Shown: positions 11,787-24,586 of the stretch, one piece after another
Numbering within the stretch: the first letter of the stretch is position 1
How the letters are laid out: each line of letters begins with the position of its first letter
Origin: Octopus sinensis
Taxonomy: Eukaryota
Assembly (NCBI RefSeq): GCF_006345805.1
Contig: NC_043003.1
Coordinates: 99,200,001-99,264,000 of the forward strand
DNA: 64,000 nucleotides
Direction of reading: 5' to 3'
Notes under the pieces: generated by a model
The model's database searches: none
What the model saw: only the letters and a program-made list of their open reading frames with translations
What the model was told of the DNA's origin: nothing
Translations under genes and position numbers: made by a program

Positions 11787-12105
11787 GGCACATGGCTCAG
11801 TGATTAGATCGCGAGGTTGTGAGTTCGATTCCCGGACCGGGCTGCGTGTTGTATTCTTGAGCAAGACACTTTATTTTACGTTGCTCCTGTTCACTCAGCT
11901 GTAGAAATGAGTTGCGACGTCACTGGTGCCAAGCTGTATCGGCCGTTACCTTTCCCTTGGATAACTTCGGTGGCGTGGAGAGCGGAGGATGATATGCATC
12001 AGCGACTGCTGGTCTTCTATAAAGAACCTTACCCGGACTTGAACCTCGGAGGGTAACTTTCTAGGTGCAAATCCCATGGTCTTTCATGACCGAAGGGGGT
12101 CTCAT
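11783..12105 (+). mobile_element. SINE type D (tRNA-like head, CORE-like box, tail shared with 21890-22115)
   Basis: TGGCTCAGTG...GAGTTCGATTCCC...CTTGAGCAAGACACTTTA; tail CACTCAGCTGTAGAAATGAGTTGCGAC...GAAGGGGGTCT. Confidence 0.75.
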
Positions 12106-12111
12106 ATATAT

Positions 12112-12483
12112 TACTCTTTTACTTGTTTCAGTCATTTGACTGCGGCCATGCTGGAGCACTGCCTTTAGTCGAGCAAGTCTAGTACTTATTCTATCGGTCT
12201 CTTTTTTACCGAACCGCTAAGTTATGGGGACGTAAACACACCAGCATCGGTTGTCAAGCGATGTTGGTGGGGGGCGGGAACAAACACAGACACACAAACA
12301 TATACATACAGATATACATATACATATATACGACGGGCTTCATTTTCAGTTTCCGTCTACCAAATCCACTAATAAGGCTTTGGTCGGCCTGGGGCTAAAG
12401 TAGAAGGTCCCACGCAGTGGGATTGATCCGGGAACCATGTGGTTGGTAAGCAAGCTACTTACCACACAGCCACTCCTGCGCCT

Positions 12484-12484
<1 letters not shown>
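12112..12484 (-). mobile_element. SINE type A, full length
   Basis: Head CCACACAGCCACTCCTGCGCCTA, internal (CA/TA) tract, tail TACTCTTTTACTTGTTTCAG. Confidence 0.9.
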
Positions 12485-12521
<37 letters not shown>

Positions 12522-12528
12522 TATATAT

Positions 12529-12564
<36 letters not shown>

Positions 12565-12575
12565 GAACACGCACA

Positions 12576-12606
<31 letters not shown>

Positions 12607-12839
12607 CACGTACGTATATGCACACAAACAATATATCTTTGTGTGTGTGTCTGCATAGTTATACCTTACGTACTGAGACAGAAAGATTTTTTTAAATAAT
12701 GCTTAATTGACAGAGGTTGGATAAGTTGTACAGAATGTATAAGGTTCGGGTTTTTGGGTGGAATCTAGGAAAAGTGTTGTGCGCAATCTTACGCCCCATT
12801 AACGGAACCCGCACTAAGTTTATATCGGTCTTTATCGAA

Positions 12840-13520
12840 GATGATGGCGACGACGAGGGGAGGCGGCGGCGGCGGCGGTGGTGGTGGTTGTGGTGGCGGC
12901 GACGGCGGCGGCGGCGCAGGCGGTGGCGAGGGTGGTGACGACGGCGACGGTAACAGCAGCGACGACGAAGACCGCCACCAACATCACAACCACCACCGCC
13001 ACCACCAACGTCACAACCACCACCACTACCACCACCACCGCCACAACCACCACCACCACCACAACCACCACCGCCACCACCACCACCACCACCACCAACG
13101 TCACAACCACCACCACTACCACCACCACCGCCACAACCACCACCACCACCACCACCACCACTACCACCACCGCCACCATCCCCACAACCACCACCACCAC
13201 CACCACCGCCACAACCGCCACCACCACCGCCACAACCACCACCACCACCACCGTCACCACCACCACCACCACAACCGCCACAACCCCCCAGCACCACCAC
13301 CACCACCCCGCCACAACCACCACCACCAACACCACCACTACCACCACTATCAATATCAAAATGACTGCAACGCTGTAAATTATTACTTTTGACTGGTCAC
13401 TGATATCATCCAGGTAGAAGAAGCCCACCATAACAACTAACATGTTGATAACAACTACAATAGCGGCCACAGCAACAGCACGACTCCACCACCACTACTA
13501 CTACCGCTACCACAACAACA
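12840..13520. repeat. (GGC/GGT)n to (CAC)n compound trinucleotide tract with an internal ~90-bp duplication
   Basis: ACCACCAACGTCACAACCACCACCACTACC occurs at ~13002 and ~13092; source of the Gly/Thr/His/Val pseudo-ORFs. Confidence 0.9.
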
Positions 13521-13654
13521 ACCATCAAATACAACATCAACAAGACGAACAAGGAGGCTAACAATGGCAAACCACTAAATTAATCCCTACCACAGCTTAT
13601 CTGACATGGTGACAGATATGTTATTAAAAGATCATTAGAAGAAATCTATACTAT

Positions 13655-13704
<50 letters not shown>

Positions 13705-13804
13705 GGAATGGTGATGATATTTTTATTAACCTTATTAGCAAATCAGTTCCTAAATATACATTTGCACTCACCCACAGACATATAAACATACATAAATGTA
13801 TGCA

Positions 13805-14225
13805 TAGGCGCAGGAGTGGCTGTGTGGTAAGTAGCTTGCTTACCAACCACATGGTTCCGGGTTCAGTCCCACTGCGTGGCACCTTGGGCAAGTGTCTTCT
13901 GCTATAGCCTCGGGCCGACCAATGCCTTGTGAGTGGATTTGGTAGACGGAAACTGAAAGAAGCCCGTCGTATATATGTATATATATATATATATGCGTGT
14001 GTGAGTTTGTGTGTCTGTGTTTGTCCCCCTAGCATTGCTTGACAACCGATGTTGGTGTGTTTATGTCCCCGTTGCTTAGCGGTTCGGCAAAAGAGACCGA
14101 TGGAATAAGTACTGGGCTTACAAAAAGAATATGTCCCGGGGTCGAGTTGCTCGACTAAAGGCGGTGCTCCAGCATGGCCGCAGTCAAATGACCGAAACAA
14201 GTAAAAGGATAAAAGAATAAAAGAA
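13805..14225 (+). mobile_element. SINE type A, full length
   Basis: ATAGGCGCAGGAGTGGCTGTGTGGTAAG...GAAACAAGTAAAAGGATAAAAGAAT. Confidence 0.9.
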
Positions 14226-14541
14226 TATAATTTATGTAGGCAGTGGTGTGCAATGTTTTACCAAAAAGGCAAACTATATTTGTCATTAAATATCACTGTG
14301 TTACAAACACCTACATTGCTAGAAATAAGGGCTAAAACGCTCTGATACTGCAGTCACAGCACATAGTTGTATAGCTACTAATAGGAACCGTAATCTATAT
14401 ACTTATTGTCATTAAATGTGACTGAGTGTGCCGAAGCACCTATATAGCTAAAAATAAGACTTGAAGATTCTTAATGCGGTAAGAAGAGAACAGTGTATAT
14501 ACACTGACAGGGGAGATAACCGCCCGACGACCGTCTCTAGA

Positions 14542-14593
14542 ATCACTAGACTAGACTAGTTTCGCCTATTTCGTAGGCATCATCAGTAGCGAC
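14542..14593 (-). ncRNA. Compact type-I hammerhead ribozyme
   Basis: Minus strand GTCGCTA-CTGATGA-T-GCCTA-CGAAA-TAGGC-GAA-ACTA-GTC-TAGT-C-TAGTGAT: 7-bp stem I, 5-bp stem II, 4-bp stem III, GUC triplet, one extra U after A9. Confidence 0.85.
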
Positions 14594-14615
14594 TACTCAA
14601 ATTGAACAAACCTTG

Positions 14616-14790
14616 TTCACTGTGACTTTTGGCTGTTCTCCAAACTGAATGAGAAGGCAGAGGAGGTTGTGTCAAGGGTTCTGGACACTTCACATTGGAG
14701 GACTTCCATTGAGGCCTTCATGAAGTACCTGGAGCTCGACAACAAGTGCACTGAGGTCAGAGGATCCTTCCTTAAAGGAGTTTAGAGTTT
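14616..14790 (+). mobile_element. Mariner transposase C-terminal fragment
   Basis: CDFWLFSKL...frameshifted...FMKYLE..NKCTEVRGS. Confidence 0.65.
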
Positions 14791-16334
14791 TGTACATCTT
14801 TGAAATTATTAAATGCATTTTCTGAAAAAGTTTCAAAATTTCTGGAACGTACTTGGTATATGTACATTTTCTCCTGTTTTTTAACTATTTAAATTCTTCC
14901 TCTGAGGAAGTAGCTGGTTTCAGTTAAAGATACAACGCTCCATCGTTGGAATACAGATAATAAAAACAATCTTACATTTTAAAATTTCGAAGCAGTTGTC
15001 TATAGTTATCTTCTTTCAGAGATATTCACATCAGCACGGCAGTTGACCTGTAGAACGGTACATATCTTTTCTTCTTTGTCCTAAGCAAAGATATTCAGCC
15101 TGTCGTGTTTACAGTTGGCAGATGTTTTGATGGAAACGTTCCACCAATATTCCTTGTGTTGCTGTTTGTCTATGTATTCAATAATAGGGATTTCTCTATA
15201 TCGACCTATAACCAGCAGATATCTATCAGTTACAGAGGAAGAGTCTAGTGGCTAAATATGCATTTCTGCTTCTTAGAACGTCATCAATAGCAAGCATCCA
15301 CTAGCAACTGCATGGTAAGACAAATTCAGTCTGCACTGATGTAGAAAAAAAGTGATCATCAAATCACTGATGTTGCAATTAGCTGGCAGAGGATTAAACA
15401 TTTTTATAAATGACTGAAACAGTATTAGTTCAAAATAGCATTCTGTATATTATACTTAATGTACTTTTCCTGAGGAAAACCAGGAAACTACGGAGTTCAT
15501 ATCAAGAAAACATCTTGTACAGACGTATCATGCTAGAAACACAGAAATATATCAGTAGCAGACAAGATACTTTCTCGAGGCAAAGACTTCTGTTTCCAGG
15601 CTTTCTACAGCATATCTACGTTAAGTATAATATATAGAACCTTATTTCGAATTAATATTGCTTCCGTCGGTAATAAAAAATAATAATATTTTAATAATCA
15701 TTTTTATATTAATATCATACATACACACATACATACATACATACATATTTACATACATATTTAAGTAAATATATGCATACATATTCATCTACTTCGTAGG
15801 ATATTACGAAGAAAATCTATACTGAAATGCATCCATGCATTTTGAAGAGAGCTACATTAAACATAAAATTTTAACGAAACCACAGGAAATGCAACTCCTG
15901 AGCAATAATCCCACCAAATTTTCACTCATTGACCGAGATTGTTTAAGGCTAGTTCTTAGCCACACAAGAGTGCATAAAACGAAGCAAGTTAATAAACCTA
16001 TGCTACTTGAAAGAACATAGTCTACGAATCGTGCACTAATTACAATCTCTCCACTGGTGGTCCAAAGAGACACATGTCCGTACACAAAGCCAAGTGAGGT
16101 GTCGTGAGTCTGTGCTACATTTAAGTGAGAAGTGACATTAATAACTGTAGTAAAAGCTTCAGTTGTTCAGCTGGGTCGAAACGCACGTTCAGTTCTCTGC
16201 ATATTAAGGAGTAATGGTTATGTTGAACGTTGAGTTTACCATGACGTATAAATGTATGTATGTATGTATGTATGTATGTATGTATGTATGTATGTATGTA
16301 TGTATGTATGTATGTGTGTGTGTATGTAAGTTAT

Positions 16335-16880
16335 GTCAGGTCACTTTCGAGTGCTACTGGTAACATGTAACCTAGTACAACCTGTTGCATGGTCGGGTCG
16401 TCGGCGACTAAACCGGCAACCCCACCAAGCTTGCTTGGTGAGGAGGGTGTTTATTGGACACCCTGCGGGAGGAAAAACAAAACCCGTCAAAGGGCGGAGG
16501 AACTCTTGAGAGTCAACAGCCATCCAATAAATGTCTTAAGGCTGTATCATGCGCGGGGACATAGAAATAATCGGACTGATTACCCGATCGCGCGGTTAAA
16601 CCATTGGGAGTGAAGGACTCCTAGCATTGTTAGGGCATCCTTCTAGGAGAAGGTAACTCAGGTAACTGGGATAACTCCGATATAAAAACCTGCGACTCAG
16701 TGGTTACCGATGATGTTGACTTGTTCTTCTTTTCGGATTATGGCTGCTGTTGCTTAGTGAGTGGGATTGACTCAGTGCACAGCCTTTCCTCACTTAAAAA
16801 AAATCTTCTTGTACAGGCATTGCACGATAACAACATTGATTAAGCTTCGTACAATGGTCATTCTCGATAACGATGGGGCA
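16335..16880 (+). mobile_element. RTE-like 5' leader (highly structured)
   Basis: Starts TGTCAGGTCAC like 1856(-) and 1415(-); several short perfect hairpins; ends with a possible APE start (LVQALHDNNID). Confidence 0.6.
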
Positions 16881-17029
16881 GCCACCGTGTATGTATGTAT
16901 GTGTGTATGTATGTATGTATGTATGTATGTATGTATGTATGTATGTACGTATGTATGTTTGAATATATTAATTTGTCACTATTGGAGAACTGAGAAAGTA
17001 CGCCAAGACTGGATTAGTTTCCTTGTTGA

Positions 17030-18843
17030 AATCTGGGCCAAAGTATGTGTGGTAATTTTCGTGGGATTTCGCTTTTGTCTGTGGTTGGAAAGGTACTTGC
17101 CCGCATTTTGTTAGAACGTTTAAATACCTTCATAGTTCCAAATATAGTGTCTGAGTCTCAGTGTGGTTTTCGTTCCTCCAGGGACACAGCTGATTGTATA
17201 TTTACATTCAGACAATTACAAGAAAAGTGCATTGAACAGAATCTTGCTCTATACCATTGCTTTGTTGATTTGCGCAAAGCATTCGGTACCGTTAATCGAA
17301 ATGCTCTGTGGCTAATTCTAAAGAAAATAGGTTGCCCAGAAAAGTTTGTAAACATGATCAGGGCTTTTCATCAAGATATGAAAGCTAGAGTTAACTTTGA
17401 ATCATTTGCCGTGGAAAATGGAGTAAAGTAAGGAGACTTTGATGCACCCACTCTCTTTGCAATATACTTTGCTGCTGTGTTGTCACATGCTTTTCAAAAC
17501 TCCGAGGAAAATATTTACATAAAATATCGAACCACAGGAAATGTTTTTAATCTGACCAGACTGAAATTCAAAACGAAGGTTTTACTTCGCTCATTAGGGA
17601 ACTTTTATGCGCTGACTATTGCGATCTTGTCAGTCACTGTGAAACAGGTCTGCAATTTGTAGCTGCATTTGACTCAGCTTGTGATAATATTGGCTTGACC
17701 ATCAACTTGAAAAAAACAGTTGTAATGCATCAACCTGTGGGTGGTACTGTTTGTAACCCCGCTAAAATTTTTGTTAAGAGTAAGTTACTTAAGGTTGTCG
17801 ATTCGTTCATCTAGTTTGGAAGCTCTGTACAAAATTATGGAAATCTTAATACAGAAATACATCTGCAAATTCAAAGAGCAGCAAAAGCATTTGGTGGCTT
17901 GTGGTCACGCGTTTGGTGCCAGCGACATATAAGTAACAATACAAAGTTGGCTCTTTACAAATCATCCCTGTTGTATTCTTGTGAAACATGGACATATTAT
18001 GAGAGACATTTAAAATTGTTAGACCAATTCCACCAAAAATTCCTTCATCGCATTTTAAACATTAAATTGAGTTCTTTTACTCCAAACACAGATGTCCTTG
18101 CATCTGCAGGCATCACCTGAATTAAAGCTATGATTCTGAGGAACCAAATGAGATGGTGTGGCCATATTGTTCGAATGGTGGGTGAATGCATGCTGAAACA
18201 GCTGTTTTATGGTGACCTTGCAGAGAGGAAACGCAGTCGATGGAAACCTAAAAAAAGGTTTAAGGACGGCATAAGGTCTGCTATAAAGTCACATGAAATG
18301 GATCCAGAAGATATAGAAACCCTTGCTTCGGATCGAGCTGGATGGCGAACAAAAGAATGGAGTGGAGTGAAAGCGTTTGAAGAGGCCAGGATAACGCATG
18401 TAAGACTCAAAACAGATCTAAGAAAGAATGTAACGATCGAGTATGTGACCTTTTTGTGTGCACAACATGTGACGGACCATGCACTTCTTTTGCTGGGCTC
18501 AAATCTCATTTGCGAACCCATGGAAAACGAACCTCCACCAACTATTTTGCCTATATGTCTGTGCATACCTTTGAATGCAGTGTAAGCCAGAAGATTTGCA
18601 TATCTAACGGACGCCTCAAAAGACACTTTAAGATCCACAAAGATCAGAAATTATCTACAGCTCTTGGTGGTCCAAAACCGATGTGCAATCTATGTGTGTG
18701 TCCTTTCAGAACATTGTCTGGTTTAAAAAATCACATCAGATGCCATGATAGTTCTAAGGTGTAGGAACGTTAATTTCACGAGCAGGCTGTTCTGTTGATC
18801 GGATCAACTGGAACCCTCATCGTCGTAGCCAACGGAGTGCCAC
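17030..18843 (+). pseudogene. Decayed RTE-clade LINE ORF2 (reverse transcriptase + C-terminal C2H2 zinc fingers) with 3' tail
   Basis: RGISLLSVVGKVLARIL, ESQCGFR, FVDLRKAF, RWCGHIVRM; three C-x2-C-x12-H-x3-H fingers (one degenerate) before the stop at 18762-18764; multiple stops and frameshifts. Confidence 0.9.
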
Positions 18844-19539
18844 GTTTCTACTGGTCTCTGAATTGAGGCTAAGGCTCTGTTCAATGATGTGGAAATGAAT
18901 CCCGATGTCCTCCATGTCAGTTAACTTTTCCTCAACTACAACTTTATGCCGTCCGAGTTTTCACCAATACATCAGGCTTTTCCTGGAAAAAAAAAACACC
19001 GTCAAATTTAACCTGAACACCCTGTAGGTTGAATCAAAAAGCGAATAATTCAGTCGTGCCTTTGTGTGTGCCTCTGTGTGGGTGGGTATGTATGCCTCTG
19101 TGTGTGTGTATGTGTGTATGCCTCTGTGTGTGTGTGTATGTGTGTGTGTGCATCGAACAAGGGAGATCCAACCATTCAAAACGTAAATAAAGAAGTACAG
19201 CAAATATGAAAAAGAAATAATAAACAGTATAATGCATGCTAAACGTACAGTAATTAATTTAACTAACAGCTGTTAAAACAGTTATAAAACAACGCTTCTA
19301 TATTGCAAAATAAAATATCTATATAATAATGGTTTTTGATTTAAACACAAGGCTAGCAGTTTTGGCGAGAGGATGTTAGTCTATTACATAAGCCCAAATT
19401 CTTCACTGGCACTTTATTTCATCGACTCCGGAAGCATAAATGCAAAGCTAACCTAAGCAGGATTAGAATTTAGAACATAAAGACTACGCTTTCCTTTTAT
19501 GTTCGACGCTCTAACGATTCCGCCAATCTACCACTCTTA

Positions 19540-19543
19540 TAAC

Positions 19544-19580
<37 letters not shown>

Positions 19581-19583
19581 GTA

Positions 19584-19622
<39 letters not shown>

Positions 19623-19755
19623 GTAATAATAATAATAATAACAATAATGATGATGATGATGATGTTGATGATGATGATGCTGATGATGATAATGATGATG
19701 ATGATGATGGTGGTGGTAGTGGTGGTGTTGTTGATGATAATGGTGATGATGGTAA

Positions 19756-19786
<31 letters not shown>

Positions 19787-19845
19787 AAGAAGAAGAAGAA
19801 GAAGAAGAAGAAGAAGAAGAAGAAGAAGAAGAAGAAGGATGATGA
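19540..19845. repeat. Compound (AAT)n-(GAT)n-(AAG)n microsatellite
   Basis: Directly visible. Confidence 0.95.
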
Positions 19846-21140
19846 TGGAGTTTGGACTTCAACATGTGCTCCGATGGTAAAATGAAACGAGGACAGCTTG
19901 CCAGGATAGAAGGCATGTGGTTGCCAAGTAGTGAAATGATGAAGGTAATTCAACCTCAATCCAGCTATAAATACTTGGAAATACTGGTGGCAGATGGAAT
20001 CAAACACCATGACATGAAGGAAAGACAAAAACAGAGTACCTGCGGCGAGTGAGAAAAATATTGGCTTCAAAGCTGAAAACCAGAAACATAATTTCGGCAA
20101 TAAACTCGCGCGCGGTCGCAGTAGTTTGGTATGGCGCTGGAATCCTGAAGTGGACAAAGGAGGAGCTAAAGGAAATGGACAGGAAGTCAAGAAAGCTCCT
20201 AACGATACATGGAGCCTTTCATCCATGTGCAGACAATGATTGCTCATACATGAGCAAATGGAGATAGGGGACTGATGAGTGTGGATGACTTCGTGCGTAT
20301 CGAACTCGAGAGCTTAATGAGATACCGAGCCCAAAATAAAGAGACCTTGCTAGTGACAGTTAGGAACGAGGGAGTATTGAGAGCAGAGAAAAAAGGGAAA
20401 ACAAAGGAAGAAGTACAAAAAGGACATGAAGAAGAATTATGCAAGGAGGAACTACACAATCAATTCCATGTAGCCACAACAGAAGTAGCTGGAGAAAATA
20501 GGAGCACTATACTGGCAGCGGAGAATCAAGCTCTGGCCTCGAGGACTGAGCAAGTGTCTCCGCCGTGCCGCATCTGCAATAGAGTGGATAAAACCATTGC
20601 CCATATCACGAACGAATTCCCTAGACTTGCCCAACTTGCTACAAAGTGTGGCGACACGACCAAGTAGCCTATGTGATACATTGGAAACTGTGCGATAGGT
20701 GGTGGCTAGAGAGAGGGAAGACGTGGTTTGAGCACAAACCGCAGAGAGTGACGGAGTCGGAGACTAGCAAAATCTTCCGGGAGCATAAAAGACCGGACCT
20801 AGTGGTGGTGGACGAGGTGCACCACTTATGTTATATAGTTGACGTTACATGTCTCTTTGGCCAACTAATAGTCATGAAGGAAAGTAAATAGATACAACCC
20901 TCTTAAGTAGGAAATAGCCCAGCTATGGAAAATGAAGGTGAAAATACTACCAATTATTGATTGGTCCTTGGGGACAGTATCAGAAGACATCCAGTGGAAT
21001 ATGAATGAAATTGGAATAGATTGCCCAGTAGAACTGTGACAAGAGGCTTGCCTCCTTGACAAGGCCAGAATAATCGGGAAAGTATTAAACAGCGGAAAAG
21101 AACGAATAGTACGGTACCGTAGGCTGCAGGTAGTAAGCCT
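19846..21140 (+). pseudogene. 5'-truncated R4/Dong-like (restriction-like endonuclease) non-LTR retrotransposon
   Basis: MEFGL, YKYLEI, WTKEELKEMDRKSRKLLTIHGAFHP, CCHC-like CRIC-x8-H, RHDQVA..IHWKLC, RPDLVVVD...D endonuclease motif; frameshifted. Confidence 0.8.
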
Positions 21141-21206
21141 GCTACGCATGCAAGACTCCAAGAGCTCCAACAAAACCTGTGATAAAGAGGAAACGATGGT
21201 GATGAC

Positions 21207-21266
<60 letters not shown>

Positions 21267-21425
21267 AATGATGATGATAATGATGATGATGATGATGGTA
21301 CATTGATAATAATAACAATGATTTCTGATTTAGGCACAAGTTGCCCAATTTGGAAGGGTTTTTTTCTAATATAGGCACAAAGTCTGAAATTTGGGAGAGG
21401 AAAATAGCTGATTCATGTCATACTG

Positions 21426-21494
<69 letters not shown>

Positions 21495-21890
21495 TCAGAT
21501 TGAGGAATAATTCATGAGCGGTTTTTTAAATTCAAACATGCACGCAGAAATAAAATGCATTGGCAAAATGTTTTATGCTATTTAAAAGAGAATTGGGGGG
21601 GGGGCTTCTACAAGACAATTTGTTTCAATTTTTTAAAATTTTACTGATGCTTGTGTATTTGCAGATCAGTAAAAGGGAATGCCAAGTGGACAAAACTGAA
21701 CGTTTTCGACACTATTTGCTTTTTTCATTTAATCGAGGTGTTAAGGCCGCAGAAGCTGCTCGTGAGATTTGTACTGTATGGAGAAGGAGAAATGCCCCAG
21801 AGTACCGCGCGACGTTAGTTTTCGCACTTCAAAAATGAGAATTTTGTCCTCAAGGGCGGATCACATACCAGTCAACCAAGTGAGTTCGAG
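21495..21890 (+). mobile_element. Mariner element 5' part (HTH domain)
   Basis: ECQVDKTERFRHYLLFSFNRGVKAAEAAREICTV, then frameshift to GEGEMPQSTAR. Confidence 0.8.
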
Positions 21891-22115
21891 TTTCTCCCGT
21901 TCACTCAGCTGTAGAAATGAGTTGCGACATCACTGGTGACAAGATGTATCGGTCTTTGCCTTTCCCTTGCATAACATCGATGTCGTGGAGAAGGGAGAGT
22001 GGTATGAATGGGCGATTGCTGGTCTTCCATAAACAGCCTTGCTCGGACTTATGCCACGGAGGGTAACTGTTCAGGTGCAATCCCATAGTTATTCATGACT
22101 GAAGGGGGTCTTTAC
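21890..22115 (+). mobile_element. SINE type D 3' part
   Basis: Matches 11890-12105. Confidence 0.75.
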
Positions 22116-22264
22116 TCTTTATCTATCTTTATTAAAAGGCAGCAAGTAGAGAGAATCGTTAGGGCTACATTTGTTCTGACCTTTTACGTTTTGAGTTCAA
22201 ATCCTGCCTACTGGTCGTAATCGAAAAATCAAAGTACAGGTCAAGTACTGGCGGGGGAGCTAAT

Positions 22265-22672
22265 TATTGCCCACAAGGGGCTAAACATAGAGGGGACAAA
22301 CAAGGACAGGCAAACGGATTAAGTTGATCGCATCGACCCCAGAGCGTAACTGGTACTTAATTTACCGACCTCGAAAAGATGAAACGCAAAGTCGACCTCG
22401 GCGGAATTTGAACTCATAACGTAACGGCAGACGAAATACCTATTTCTTTACTACCCACAAGGGGCTAAACACAGAAGGGACAAACAAGAACAGACAAACG
22501 GATTAAGTCGATTATATCGGCCCCAGCGCGTAACTGGTACTTATTTAATCGACCCCGAAAGGATGAAATGCAAAGTCGACCTCGGCGGAATTTGAACTCA
22601 GTACGTAACGGCAGACGATATACACTAAGCATTTCGCCCGGCGTGCTAACGTTTCTGCCAGCTCGCCGCCTT
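22265..22672 (-). mobile_element. SINE type B dimer
   Basis: Junction GAAATA-CC-TATTTC at 22433-22446, the reverse complement of the 7408 junction. Confidence 0.85.
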
Positions 22673-22835
22673 CAATTTCCTCCAAATATTGATGGTCATA
22701 TGCTTATGGATTTTCAGAATCATAAGCACGTCGGACAAATTGCTTAGCAGCATTTCATCCGTCTATACGTTTTGAGCTCAAATTTCGCAGGTGCTGGCTT
22801 TGCCTTTCATCCTTTCGGGGTCGATTAAATAAGTA

Positions 22836-23068
22836 CCTATTTCTTTACTACCTACAAGGGGGCTAAACACAGAGGGAACAAACAAGGACAGACAAACGGA
22901 TTAAGTCGATTATATCGACCCCAGTGCGTAATTGGTACTTATTTAATCGACCCCGAAATGATGAAAGGCAAAGTCAACCTCGGCGGAATTTGAACTCAGA
23001 ACGTAACTGCAGACGAAATATGGCTACGCATTTCGCCCAGCATGCTAACGTTTCTGCCAGCTCGCCGT
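22836..23068 (-). mobile_element. SINE type B, full length
   Basis: Head-body-tail match to other copies. Confidence 0.85.
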
Positions 23069-23499
23069 CGATTAAGTAAGTACCAGTTTAGCACTGGAGT
23101 CGATATAAGTGACTAGGCCACTCCCCCAAATTTCAGGTCTTATGCCTAGAGTATAAAGGATTGTTATCATAAGAACATGACGAGAAGAATACAAGTACGA
23201 AGCCAGGCAGCCGCGAAGAATAAGAAGGAATAAGAACGAAAGGGAGGAAGGAATAATAAGAAGAAGAATAAAAAGTTGATGATGATGATGATGATGATGA
23301 TGGAAGGCATGAGCTGGCAGGTTCGTTAGCACGCCGGACAAAACGCTTAGAGACATTTCGTCTGTGTCTTTACGTTCTGAGTTCGAATTCTGACGATGTC
23401 GTCTTTATCTTCCATCCTTTCGGAGTCGATTGAATAAGTTGGGCATTTGAGTCGACTTGAGTCAACTAGCCTACTTTCCCAAAATTTCAGGCATTGTGC

Positions 23500-23870
23500 C
23501 TACACTAGAAGAATCATTATCATCGTCATCATCATCATCATCATTATTTTACAATGGATTTCACCTCAACCATCAGCACTAACACCATCATCATCACCGG
23601 CATCATTTCGTCATCATCGACACCAACAACAACAACAGTAGCAGCAACAACAACAACAACAGTAGCAGCAACAACAACAACAACAACAACAACACTAACA
23701 CCGACACCGCCAATAACATTAGTTTCAACACCACTACACTCCCAGCACACCACCACCACAACAACAAATACCGCAACTACCTCAAACAGAGCACCAACAA
23801 CAACCCCACCACAACAAGCACTTCTCCAACAGCACCACCACCAACAACAACAATAACAACACCAAGTGGT
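23500..23870. repeat. (CAT/CAA/CAC)n compound repeat
   Basis: Low complexity. Confidence 0.85.
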
Positions 23871-24379
23871 CCATCTCATCTTATCTCTGAACCCCGTCTC
23901 GGGATGAAAGGAAGCTGGGAAGTGACTCTGCCCATCAACCAGTTGGCATATATTTCCTGAAAATAAAACGTGTCACCTATTTTCCTCTAATATGGTGCCC
24001 CTAGGGACCAACTTCTGATAAAGAGTAAACGGTTTTATTTCTTTTTCTTTTCACGGTCCTGTAAACAAGGCATAAAAAAAAAACATTTGGGGACATACCT
24101 AAAAGTGTACACCCGTGTTTTTTTCTTCTAAAGCTGCTCGAATGGGATGATCTTTTAGCAGGAATTACAAAGAACTACAGGCCTAATTCTAAGTACATCT
24201 TTGAAAAAAACAATTAAAAAAAAAATACTTGTTTTAAATTTGGTCCTTTCAGAAGTTTTTGGTGCGTCTTTATTTAAATTTCTTGTTGTTTTGTTTTGTT
24301 TCGTTCTTAACTTAAATTTCGTCTCCGCCCCTTCATGATAAACGACGATGCTCACATCACCAAACAAAAACGACAACAC

Positions 24380-24400
24380 CAGTATTGTTATCATCATCAC

Positions 24401-24446
<46 letters not shown>

Positions 24447-24554
24447 TACAGCAGCAGCATCACCACCACCACCGTCATCATCATCGTCATCGCCGTCGTC
24501 GTCATCATCATCAAGATCCTCATCATCGTTTTCATTTTCTCTTCTTTTTCCTAT

Positions 24555-24586
<32 letters not shown>

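Noticed and set aside
16140-16195. GAAAC-GCAC-GTT-CAGTT with upstream AACTG
   Set aside because: No CUGANGA; at best an unrecognisable fossil
16420-16470. GAGGAGGG resembling the twister P2'/L1 strand
   Set aside because: It is part of simple hairpins; no UAA-P2-GC or UCCCAAGC-type loop 4 in register
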